Positions 51,660 to 59,745 of a stretch of DNA of 64,000 nt are shown in pieces. Every line of letters starts with the position of its first letter. The stretch's first letter is position 1. Made by a program: the position numbers and the translations under genes. The DNA is taken from positions 288,001 through 352,000 of the forward strand of contig CAXWPJ010000006.1 of assembly GCA_963664115.2 (NCBI GenBank). Reading direction: 5' to 3'. The notes below the pieces were generated by a model. It ran no database searches, was not told where the DNA came from, and was given only the letters and a program-made list of their open reading frames with translations. This DNA is from Terriglobia bacterium. Its GTDB lineage: Bacteria; Acidobacteriota; Terriglobia; 20CM-2-55-15.

Positions 51660-52889
51660 ATGCGAAAAGTGTTGGCTGCGTCCGCGATCATGGTCCTCGC
51701 GATGGGCTTGGAAGTTCCGGCCCAGGACTGGCCGCAGTTTTTCGGCCCGGAACGGAACGGTGTCTACAGCGGCCCGGAGTTGTCTGAGACCTGGGGACCG
51801 GAGGGTCCCCCGCTGGTCTGGAGGCGGGAGGTCGGTGAAGGGTTCAGTGGGCCCGTTGTCGCGGATGGCCGCGTCATCCTGTTCCATCGGGTGTCGGATC
51901 GTGAGGTTGTCGAAGCACTCGATCCGCAGACAGGAACGAATCTGTGGGAATACAGCTATCCAACGACTTACCGCGACGATTTCGGTTTTGACGAGGGACC
52001 CCGCGCTGTTCCAGTCGTCGCCGACGGTGTGGTGTACACCTTTGGTGCCCAGGGACAATTGCATGCTGTCGAGCTTGAAACGGGACAGGGGGTCTGGAGT
52101 GCGGACACCATGGGGCGCTTCGGCGTGGCCAAGAGTTTTTTTGGCGCCGGCGGATCGCCCTTAGTTGAGGATGGGAGAGTCATTGCGAATATCGGCGGTC
52201 CCGATGGCGGGGTCGTAGCCTTCGACGCCGGAACCGGAGAGGTTCTCTGGACGGCCACAGAAGATGGCGCGAGTTATTCATCTCCCGTAGGCGCCACAAT
52301 TTCAGGGAGCCGCTATGCGGTTTTCATGACGCGCAACGGTCTGGTTGGACTCGATCCTGCGACCGGAGAGGTCAGGTTCAGTCAACGGTGGCGGTCACGT
52401 TCGGCGTCGTCGGTGAACGCCGCGTCACCCGTCGTTGTTGACGATCTGATCTTCGTGTCTGCCGAGTACGGACCCGGTGCGGGAGTGCTGCGTTGGGATG
52501 GGGCACAACTCAACCCGCTGTGGAGCTCTAACGACGCACTCACAAATCATTACGCGACCAGCGTTTACTACGACGGGTACTTGTATGGATACCATGGCCG
52601 TCAGGAGTTCGGGCCTAGCCTCCGCGCTGTTGAATTCACGACTGGAGAGGTTGCGTGGAGCGAAGAGCAGTTTCGCGCGGGCAGCATCATTCTTGCAGGC
52701 GACCGCGTGTTGATTCTCCGGGAGGGCGGCGAACTCGTCCTCGCTCAGGCTTCGCCTGACGCGTTTCAGCCGATTGCACGCGCGCAACTTCTTCCGGCAA
52801 CCGTGCGTGCCTACCCCGCACTTGCGAATGGCTTTCTCTACGTCCGGAATGAGACCACGCTCGCTTCGTTCGATCTGGGCCTCCAGTGA
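51660..52889 (+). CDS. PQQ-like beta-propeller (BamB-like) protein
   Basis: DWPQFFGP, repeated TG..W blades, SSP motifs. Confidence 0.88.
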   Translation: MRKVLAASAIMVLAMGLEVPAQDWPQFFGPERNGVYSGPELSETWGPEGPPLVWRREVGEGFSGPVVADGRVILFHRVSDREVVEALDPQTGTNLWEYSYPTTYRDDFGFDEGPRAVPVVADGVVYTFGAQGQLHAVELETGQGVWSADTMGRFGVAKSFFGAGGSPLVEDGRVIANIGGPDGGVVAFDAGTGEVLWTATEDGASYSSPVGATISGSRYAVFMTRNGLVGLDPATGEVRFSQRWRSRSASSVNAASPVVVDDLIFVSAEYGPGAGVLRWDGAQLNPLWSSNDALTNHYATSVYYDGYLYGYHGRQEFGPSLRAVEFTTGEVAWSEEQFRAGSIILAGDRVLILREGGELVLAQASPDAFQPIARAQLLPATVRAYPALANGFLYVRNETTLASFDLGLQ

Positions 52890-52955
52890 AGAGATGAAGA
52901 GCGCAATGTCGTCGGATCGGGTTCTGTCTGCGAAAGGTCGCGAGGAAAGGCAAGA

Positions 52956-53573
52956 ATGTTTCGACCATTTTTAGCGATATTCATATTTGTTGTTCCGATG
53001 GCCTCGCAGACTCCTGAGGATCCGCAGGTTATCCTCGCCCAGGCTATGAGCGATTTTGAGGCAGGCCGGATCGACGAGAGTGTTGCGGGATTCGATGCTG
53101 TGGCCAGGCTTGTCCCTCGCATCGCCCCTCAGCTCTGGCAACGCGGCATCGCCCTCTACTACGCCGGTCGATACGAGGACTGCCGGGCCCAGTTCGAATC
53201 GCACCGCACCGTGAACCCCAACGACGTCGAAAACGCAGCCTGGCATTTTCTCTGTGTGGCCCGTTCCGAATCTCCCGAAGCAGCCCGGTCTGCGCTGCTG
53301 CCTGTGGGACCCGACCGACGCATCCCGATGGGTGAGATCTACGAAATGTTCAGCGGCGACCTGAGTCCTGCGGAGGTGTTGCGGGCCGGGGGCGACGTAC
53401 CCCTGGCACAGTTCTATGCCTATCTCTATGCCGGTCTCTATCTCGAGGCGCTTGGGGACGAGGAAGGCGGGCTTGCCTACATGCGGACCGCCGCGGAGGA
53501 TCGATTCAGGGGAGGCGGATACATGCACACCGTTGCCCGGATTCACGCCGGCTTGATCGAGCGCCGGGATTAG
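52956..53573 (+). CDS. Secreted TPR protein
   Basis: LWQRGIALYYAGRY, NPNDVENAAW, FYAYLYAGLY. Confidence 0.8.
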   Translation: MFRPFLAIFIFVVPMASQTPEDPQVILAQAMSDFEAGRIDESVAGFDAVARLVPRIAPQLWQRGIALYYAGRYEDCRAQFESHRTVNPNDVENAAWHFLCVARSESPEAARSALLPVGPDRRIPMGEIYEMFSGDLSPAEVLRAGGDVPLAQFYAYLYAGLYLEALGDEEGGLAYMRTAAEDRFRGGGYMHTVARIHAGLIERRD

Positions 53574-53606
53574 TCCTTACGTCGCACAGGAGTGCTTCTG
53601 TCCGAA

Positions 53607-54515
53607 TTACTCTGACGACGTACACAACTCGGAACGGGCTGCCTCGCAGATCGCCACCACTGCCGGGTGCTGAACATGACGCTCGACAGAGATCGCGTAG
53701 AAGTGCTCGCTGACCTCATCGGTCGACCCGATGGGTTCGACCTGGTACTGTCGCGCAACCTCGTCCGCAATCACCGAAGGCACTGTGAAGAATCCCGCAC
53801 CTGCCTGACCGAAGACTTTGAGCAGTGCGCTGTCCTCGAACTCCCCAATGGTCACCGGTCGAACCTCTAGTGCGCTAAACCAGCCATCAAGCGCACGACG
53901 TAGAACGGCATTGTCACCGGGCAAGAGCACAGGCGCGCCGTCGAGCGATCTCGGAAATTCCGCTCGGAGGTGTCTCGCCAGATCACCTCGTGCCATGAAT
54001 GTGACGCCGCAGGTTCCAAGCTCATGGCTGTAGGCCCGCACACTCACACCGGGCGGAATCGCGGTGTCAGAGAGCACGACATCGACGTCGTGGACGGCAA
54101 GGGCTGCCAGGAGTTTCTCCGGCGGACCCTCGCGGCAGATGATTCGGACCTCCTCATCCAGGTGAAGTGCTGGCTCGATGAGTCGGTGGGCAACTAGCTT
54201 CGGCAAGACATCGGCCACTCCTACCACGAGCCTGAGCGGACGCCCAGTCGACTGTCCCCGAAACGTCTCTACAAGTTCGTGACCGACCGAGAAGATTTTG
54301 TCGGCATATCCCAGGGCAACGCGACCGGCATCGGTGAGAATTAGGCCCCGGCCGGCGCGGCTGAAAAGCTTCTCTCCGATCGCCACCTCAAGATCGCGAA
54401 TCTGCGTGCTGACAGTCTGAGGCTTGAGGTACAACTTTGCGCTGGCCCGCGTGAGATTGCCTTCGTGCGCGACGGCCCAGAACAAGCGCAAGTGATGGTA
54501 GTTCAGGTTCTCCAT
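53607..54515 (-). CDS. nhaR: LysR-type transcriptional activator NhaR
   Basis: LNYHHLRLFWAVAHEG, GVADVLPKLVA, GEFEDSALLKVFG, FYAISVER..HP; GGAAGGAG RBS. Confidence 0.92.
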   Translation of the reverse strand: MENLNYHHLRLFWAVAHEGNLTRASAKLYLKPQTVSTQIRDLEVAIGEKLFSRAGRGLILTDAGRVALGYADKIFSVGHELVETFRGQSTGRPLRLVVGVADVLPKLVAHRLIEPALHLDEEVRIICREGPPEKLLAALAVHDVDVVLSDTAIPPGVSVRAYSHELGTCGVTFMARGDLARHLRAEFPRSLDGAPVLLPGDNAVLRRALDGWFSALEVRPVTIGEFEDSALLKVFGQAGAGFFTVPSVIADEVARQYQVEPIGSTDEVSEHFYAISVERHVQHPAVVAICEAARSELCTSSE

Positions 54516-54566
54516 CGCTCCTTCCTTATATTCGATAATATCTGACAATATACTACATATTATCGA
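54343..54566. repeat. 224-bp direct repeat, copy 1 (nhaR 5' end plus operator)
   Basis: Matches 56322-56545 with two mismatches seen. Confidence 0.92.
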
Positions 54567-54577
54567 CTTGTTCGAAC
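54532..54577. promoter_or_regulatory. Putative NhaR operator of the divergent promoter
   Basis: TCGATAATAT-15 bp-ATATTATCGA inverted repeat; TCGACTTGTTCGA T-N11-A LysR box. Confidence 0.6.
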
Positions 54578-54620
54578 GTGCAGTCTCTGTTCTGATTTAA
54601 GGACCATGGGGGGATCAAAC

Positions 54621-54936
54621 ATGCAGCAACTTGAAGTATCTGCGACCGGCATGGACCTGACCCAAGCCTACTTGCCCGTGTCGAGCGGCGCATCTGATTC
54701 GCACTGGGGACTTATGCGGGGCTGTCGAACGCTTCCACGTCCAGCTTTGCGACGACAACGGTCCGAAGGGCGGCTTAGACGATACGTGTAGCATCCTCGT
54801 TCAGCTTGTTGAGATTGAACCCATCGTCGTGCAGCAGATGGATGCCGACATCCGACCTGCTATCGATTGTGCGGCGGCGAGGAAGCTAGATCGAACGCTC
54901 ACGGCGATGCTCGACCCTGGGGAGACCATCCAATGA
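54621..54936 (+). pseudogene. HPF/RaiA-like pseudogene
   Basis: MQQLEVSATG / VERRI*FALG / ERFHVQLCDDNGPKGGLDDTC aligns with 56609 across frameshifts and a TGA at 54695. Confidence 0.85.
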
Positions 54937-54946
54937 GGTGAAAACC

Positions 54947-55501
54947 ATGAAAGCCATTCTGCCCGCGCTCGACAACTTGCCTAGCGCGTATCGCGATTCG
55001 GCGATTAGCGATCTTCTCGCTTACCACAATCTAGGTATGGCGTATCGTCACCGTCCCTCCTCCCAAGCCAAACTGCTCGTCGGCATGTGCATGGACTACC
55101 GCAAACGGCTTCGGATTCCGGAAGACTTCGCCTACGTCATACGGACAGCCGGGGCCAACTTTCGTGGTCTTGAGTTCCAGATATCCTTTGCCGTAGGGGT
55201 GGGAGGCGTGCGGGCAATCGCCGTCGTCGGCCACGATCAGTGCCGTATGAACGACCTGGCCGCCCAGCGGGACGCCTTCGTCTCGGGCTTGATCAAGGCA
55301 GGCTGGGAGCGACATGTCGCCGAGTTGCACTTCCAGGAGTGTGCACCCCGATTCGAGATTGGCGGTCCCGTAAAGTTCGCCTGCGCTCAGGCGCGCCACC
55401 TTCGGCAGCAGTATCCAAGAATCACGGTGGCGCCACTGCTGTACAAGCATGGCACCGACAGGCTCTACTTTATCGACGAAGACAAAAGTGAGAAGACCTG
55501 A
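54947..55501 (+). CDS. Beta-class carbonic anhydrase (copy 1)
   Basis: CMDYR (CxDxR), RTAGAN, GHDQC (HxxC) Zn ligands. Confidence 0.85.
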   Translation: MKAILPALDNLPSAYRDSAISDLLAYHNLGMAYRHRPSSQAKLLVGMCMDYRKRLRIPEDFAYVIRTAGANFRGLEFQISFAVGVGGVRAIAVVGHDQCRMNDLAAQRDAFVSGLIKAGWERHVAELHFQECAPRFEIGGPVKFACAQARHLRQQYPRITVAPLLYKHGTDRLYFIDEDKSEKT

Positions 55502-55542
55502 CCAATGAGAAGGAGACACAAGGTGAACTTAGGAGGATAGCG

Positions 55543-55974
55543 ATGAACATTCTTCGCCTAGCTCGGGTCCCCGCAATAACAATCGAAGCCGATGCCACCG
55601 TCGTTGAGGGTATCGGATTGATGCAGCGGGAGAACGTCGGTTGCCTTTTTGTTGTCAAGAACGACCTGCTGGTGGGCGTACTTAGCGAACGGGACGTCAT
55701 GCGACGCGTGGTATTTAGCAGCCGGGACCCCAAGACCACGCCCATTCGTCAAGTCATGACCATGCCAGCACGGCAACTTTCTAGACACGCAACCATCGAA
55801 GAAGCGATCCGTACGATGGCTGTGGGTCGAGTACGCCGGTTGCCGATCGTTTGCGACGGCAAGGTCGAGGGCATGGTGTCGCTCCGGTACTTGCTCCGGG
55901 AGAATATATTAGGCCTCACCGAGAGATGCGATTCCCTGATCGCACCGTACTGTGCCGACGGAATAGGGGGATGA
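55543..55974 (+). CDS. Stand-alone CBS-pair protein
   Basis: VGVLSERDV, VMT, RRLPIV..GMVSLR; AGGAGG RBS. Confidence 0.9.
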   Translation: MNILRLARVPAITIEADATVVEGIGLMQRENVGCLFVVKNDLLVGVLSERDVMRRVVFSSRDPKTTPIRQVMTMPARQLSRHATIEEAIRTMAVGRVRRLPIVCDGKVEGMVSLRYLLRENILGLTERCDSLIAPYCADGIGG

Positions 55975-56109
55975 CACCAATCCGGCCTTTATGTGGAGAG
56001 CGGTCCGCAAGGAACAGGCCATTAAGAACCATCAATTGCGGACAGGTGGAGTAGGGAAAGGCATCATGTGGGTCACACGAGCCGCGTCAGTCCCTAGGAG
56101 CTCAACACC

Positions 56110-56321
56110 ATGAAGATACCGTTTACAGCGGACCAACAAGAAGCCTTTCTCCGGCATGCGATTGAAGCCCGAGTGTTTCAGAGCGCCGAAGACGCCCTAG
56201 AGCAAGCCCTGGCGCTGTGGGAAGAGCGCGACGGCACCAGAGCGGCGTTATCGCCGTCGGCAGGGGATAGAAGGCCGTCGCACTACCTGGGCAAGGTCAC
56301 CGGATCGTGGCGGAGGTTTCA
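56110..56321 (+). pseudogene. Decayed ParD-like (RHH) antitoxin fragment
   Basis: FTADQQEAFLRHAIEARVFQSAEDALEQALALWEER; degenerates, then is cut by the nhaR duplicate; no toxin gene follows. Confidence 0.55.
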
Positions 56322-56494
56322 AGGCCCCGGCCGGCGCGGCTGAAAAGCTTCTCTCCGATCGCCACCTCAAGATCGCGAATCTGTGTGCTGACAGTCTGAG
56401 GCTTGAGGTACAACTTTGCGCTGGCCCGCGTGAGATTGCCTTCGTGCGCGACGGCCCAGAACAAGCGCAAGTGATGGTAGTTCAGGTTCTCCAT
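56297..56494 (-). pseudogene. nhaR: Truncated nhaR (HTH domain only, 65 aa)
   Basis: First 58 aa identical to NhaR, then ETSATIR*; same RBS. Confidence 0.85.
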
Positions 56495-56545
56495 CGCTCC
56501 TTCCTTATATTCGATAATATCTGACAATATACTACAAATTATCGA
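56322..56545. repeat. 224-bp direct repeat, copy 2
   Basis: Offset 1979 bp from copy 1. Confidence 0.92.
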
Positions 56546-56608
56546 GTAGACCGAATAAATGGATTTGGGTAAAACTTCTATTAGCACACGTCACGGAGAA
56601 TCGCACGC

Positions 56609-56968
56609 ATGCATCTTGAATTCTCAGCGAAAGGCCTGAAACTGACCGACACTGCGCGAGGCCATGTCGAGCGGCGCATCCGCCTCGCTCTGGGGCGCAT
56701 CTTGGTCCGGGTCGAACGTGTTCACGTGAGGCTTGTCGACGTGAACGGGCCAAAGGGTGGAGTGGACAAGACCTGCCGCATCCGCGTCCACCTCTTCGGA
56801 CTCCCCACGGTTGTCGTCGAACAGGCGGACGCAGACCTCCACGCAGCTATCGATCGCGCGGCTGACCGTGTCGGCCGAACCGTGGCGAGGAAGCTCAAGC
56901 AAGCACTCACATCCATGGGCGACGGGAGAGCAAGCGAACCAACGGGGGAGGGACCATCAGCGACATGA
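56609..56968 (+). CDS. HPF/RaiA family ribosome-associated protein
   Basis: LTDTARGHVERRI, VRLVDVNGPKGGVDKTC, DLHAAIDRAADR. Confidence 0.85.
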   Translation: MHLEFSAKGLKLTDTARGHVERRIRLALGRILVRVERVHVRLVDVNGPKGGVDKTCRIRVHLFGLPTVVVEQADADLHAAIDRAADRVGRTVARKLKQALTSMGDGRASEPTGEGPSAT

Positions 56969-57180
56969 GGCATTCAGACATTGCGGGAAAGCGGCACGCT
57001 TTCCGTGGCAAGCTGCGCAACATCTACTATCCAGGCCCGCACCACTACCTCGTCGCCACGGACCGCATCTCCCCGTTCGACGTCGTGCGGTCGCGCCTAT
57101 CCCTGGCAACGGAAGCGGCCCTCACGAGACTTTCGAGCTTCAGGTTCGAGATAACCGCCGAGATCGTGGAACAGACATCG
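56965..57180 (+). pseudogene. purC: Decayed N-terminal fragment of SAICAR synthase
   Basis: RGKLRNIY..LVATDRISPFDVV..LTRLSSFRFE vs RGKVRDIY..IATDRLSAFDVV..LTQMSLFWFD in PurC at 38040. Confidence 0.75.
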
Positions 57181-57241
57181 GCCAGATATACGAAGAGACG
57201 CATCGATGTCTCGTTAAATCGGGACGGGACAGGAGACTGCC

Positions 57242-57556
57242 ATGAAATGCCCAATATGCGAAACCAAAACCTTGCACAAACGCCATCGAAACGACGTACT
57301 GATCGACATCTGCGAGCGCTGTCGCGGCATATGGGTCTACCACAGTGAACTTGAAAAGCTCATCGCCCATCCCCAACAGGAGATCGATAAGCACGAACGC
57401 TTCTACCAAGAGTCCGAAAGCGCCTACAAACCGGAGCGACCACATGCCGCTGCGCACATCCGACAAGAGGGGCAGTCCACGGCAAGCCCTAAAAAGGATA
57501 AGAAGAAGGGATTCCTCACTGTCTTCGAGATCTTCGGCTGGGGGAAGGGTCAGTAA
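57242..57556 (+). CDS. zf-TFIIB Zn-ribbon domain protein
   Basis: MKCPIC..IDICERCRGIW...ELEKL; basic C-terminus KKKGFLTVFEIF. Confidence 0.85.
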   Translation: MKCPICETKTLHKRHRNDVLIDICERCRGIWVYHSELEKLIAHPQQEIDKHERFYQESESAYKPERPHAAAHIRQEGQSTASPKKDKKKGFLTVFEIFGWGKGQ

Positions 57557-57560
57557 GGAC

Positions 57561-58133
57561 ATGAACAGCACGACCCCACGTCTGGTGCCGGTGCACGAGC
57601 GAAGTGACGTGCCCACGATGTACCGTGACACCGCGATCGCCGATCTGCTCGTCTATCACAACTTGGGTGGTGGGCCCCACCGTCGTTACACGCAGGCCGA
57701 TCTGCTCGTCGGTATGTGTATGGACCACCGCTCGCGACTCCGGATCCCTGAGAACTTCGCGTACATCATGCGGAGCGCTGGAGCCAATTTTCGTGGGCTC
57801 GACTTCCAGATGTCCTTTGCGATCACTGTCGGGCGTGTGCGGGCCATCGCCATCATCGGCCATGACCAATGCGGCATGTCCGGTCTTGCAGCTCAGCGGA
57901 GCGCTCTCGTCGAGGGTCTGGTCCATGGTGCGGGCTGGGAGAGACACATTGCCGAGCTCCACTTCGATGAGTACGCACCACGGTTCGAGATCGGCGACCC
58001 CGCGAAATTTGCCCTCGGCCAGGCGCACCACGTTCGGCAACAGTACCCGGGGCTACCGGTGGCTGCGCTGCTCTACCGCCTCGACGAGGGGATGCTCCAC
58101 ATCATCGACGCAGGTGAGGAGATGAGGTCATGA
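57561..58133 (+). CDS. Beta-class carbonic anhydrase (copy 2)
   Basis: CMDHR, RSAGAN, GHDQC; clear paralog of 54947. Confidence 0.85.
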   Translation: MNSTTPRLVPVHERSDVPTMYRDTAIADLLVYHNLGGGPHRRYTQADLLVGMCMDHRSRLRIPENFAYIMRSAGANFRGLDFQMSFAITVGRVRAIAIIGHDQCGMSGLAAQRSALVEGLVHGAGWERHIAELHFDEYAPRFEIGDPAKFALGQAHHVRQQYPGLPVAALLYRLDEGMLHIIDAGEEMRS

Positions 58134-58459
58134 AGAATGCTCAGATCGTCGAAAGAGAAGCTCGCAATCCACCACCAGACCACTACCTCCTCACATATCA
58201 AGTAATGCAAAACGCAAATGTACTTGACCCTTTGACTGGCCAGTTGCGAATGGATGAGGAATCACTCCGAACGCTTCATAGGGCATTGGATGAAAACGAA
58301 ATCCAATTTCCACCACGCGCCAAGTGGGTTGGCTTCGAAGACTGGGAGGGAGCACCAACTTGGGAAAATGTCTTCATCTTTGTCCCCGAGAATGCCCAAA
58401 GGTACTTGGACCATGTGGTCCGCCGAGTTGCCAAATGGGAGCAAAAACTGAAGTCATAA
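58130..58459 (+). CDS. Hypothetical protein coupled to carbonic anhydrase
   Basis: ATGA overlap with the CA stop codon, GAGG RBS, globular-looking 109 aa. Confidence 0.65.
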   Translation: MKNAQIVEREARNPPPDHYLLTYQVMQNANVLDPLTGQLRMDEESLRTLHRALDENEIQFPPRAKWVGFEDWEGAPTWENVFIFVPENAQRYLDHVVRRVAKWEQKLKS

Positions 58460-58676
58460 GTCGTTGTAATAATAGTTCGTTACTGCTTCGTAATTCATGA
58501 AGCCCCGCGGGACATCGAAGGATCGGATACGGACCGGGCCAGACGATGGGATTGGCGAGACAAACCTGGTGGAATCAAGACTCGGAGGACAAGTTGAGCA
58601 TCTCTTGGCACATCTTGGCGGGCGAGCAGCCTGCCCTTTGGCTTGAGCTGGAAACCGCCGCAGAAATGGGAGGCGC

Positions 58677-59669
58677 ATGGGTGATTTCCTAAGCCTCGAT
58701 GGTATTCCCCTTTGGGCCAACGGTCTGATCGCGCTCGCGACCATCGCCTTGCTCGGACTCGGCGCACACTGTGTCGTGGAGTCCGCCGTACGCATCGCCA
58801 AGCGATTAGCGGTCTCGGAACTCATCATCGGCCTTACGGTGGTGGCCCTCGGCACATCGGCGCCGGAGTTAGCGGTCACGCTAATCGCCGCCTTCGAAGG
58901 ACACGGCGATATCTCGGTCGGCAACATCGTTGGCTCCAACATCTTCAACCTCGGCTTCATCCTCGGCGGCTGTGCGCTCGTCCGTGCTATTCCAGTGGAA
59001 CGCACCATGCTGCGGCGCGACGGCGCGGTTCTCGGGGGAACCTCCTTGTTGCTCATCGGGCTGATCGGATGGGATCTCCGGCTGGATCGTTACGACGGCG
59101 TCGTGCTGTTCGTCTTGCTGGGCGTCTACCTCGGCTACCTGTTCAAGCACCGTCGAGCGGGCGCAGACGACAGTCCCGAAGGACACGAACAGGAAGGCCA
59201 GAGCGATGTCTCACTGCTGCGGGACAGCGCGCTGCTGATCGTCGGCTTGGTCTGCATCGTCGGAGGCTCCCACATTCTGGTCGAGTCCGCGACCGTAATC
59301 GCTAGGGGCTTCGGCGTGAGTGAGTGGGTCATTGGCGTGACCATCGTCGCCGCCGGGACATCTGCGCCGGAGATGGCCACCAGCCTGTCGGGCGTCATCA
59401 AAGGTCGCTACTCACTGAGCGCCGGCAATCTGGTCGGAAGTGACATATTCAACATGCTCGGGGTTCTAGGACTTGCTGGCATGCTTCGCCCGGTGGAGAT
59501 CGATGTCATGGCACGCATCTCCCTCGCCGCGCTCTGCGGGATGGTGTTGGTCGTGCTGTTCTTCATGCGTACTGGCTGGCACGTGTCACGATTCGAGGGG
59601 CTCGCGCTCGTTGCGATCGCGGTGCTTCGGTGGGGCTTCGATTTCTCGCAAGGAAACAGTAACCCATGA
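58677..59669 (+). CDS. Ca2+/Na+ antiporter (CaCA, YrbG-like)
   Basis: Two alpha repeats GTSAPE; GSNIFN and GSDIFN. Confidence 0.92.
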   Translation: MGDFLSLDGIPLWANGLIALATIALLGLGAHCVVESAVRIAKRLAVSELIIGLTVVALGTSAPELAVTLIAAFEGHGDISVGNIVGSNIFNLGFILGGCALVRAIPVERTMLRRDGAVLGGTSLLLIGLIGWDLRLDRYDGVVLFVLLGVYLGYLFKHRRAGADDSPEGHEQEGQSDVSLLRDSALLIVGLVCIVGGSHILVESATVIARGFGVSEWVIGVTIVAAGTSAPEMATSLSGVIKGRYSLSAGNLVGSDIFNMLGVLGLAGMLRPVEIDVMARISLAALCGMVLVVLFFMRTGWHVSRFEGLALVAIAVLRWGFDFSQGNSNP

Positions 59670-59745
59670 GCGACTGGACCGAACCAGGACTCTGTCACCA
59701 ACAACTCCTGGATATTGCTTCCATGAGGAATCAGGGAGACGGGCG

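Noticed and set aside
53574-53606. Island boundary with att site or tRNA
   Set aside because: No tRNA, integrase or direct repeat is visible, so mobility is not demonstrated in this window.
54695-54697. In-frame TGA in the HPF copy as possible selenocysteine
   Set aside because: It aligns with Arg in the intact paralog and is accompanied by frameshifts, so this is ordinary decay.
58460-58676. Possible Na+/Li+ riboswitch (nhaA-I/II, DUF1646) before the antiporter genes
   Set aside because: No matching consensus recognised by eye; an Rfam scan would be needed.
59473-59745. Long N-terminal extensions in the ORF track (also 13054, 6840, 61319, 57345, 21547, 43761)
   Set aside because: They overlap neighbouring genes or lack homology. 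Downstream starts with an RBS or family-typical N-termini were used instead.
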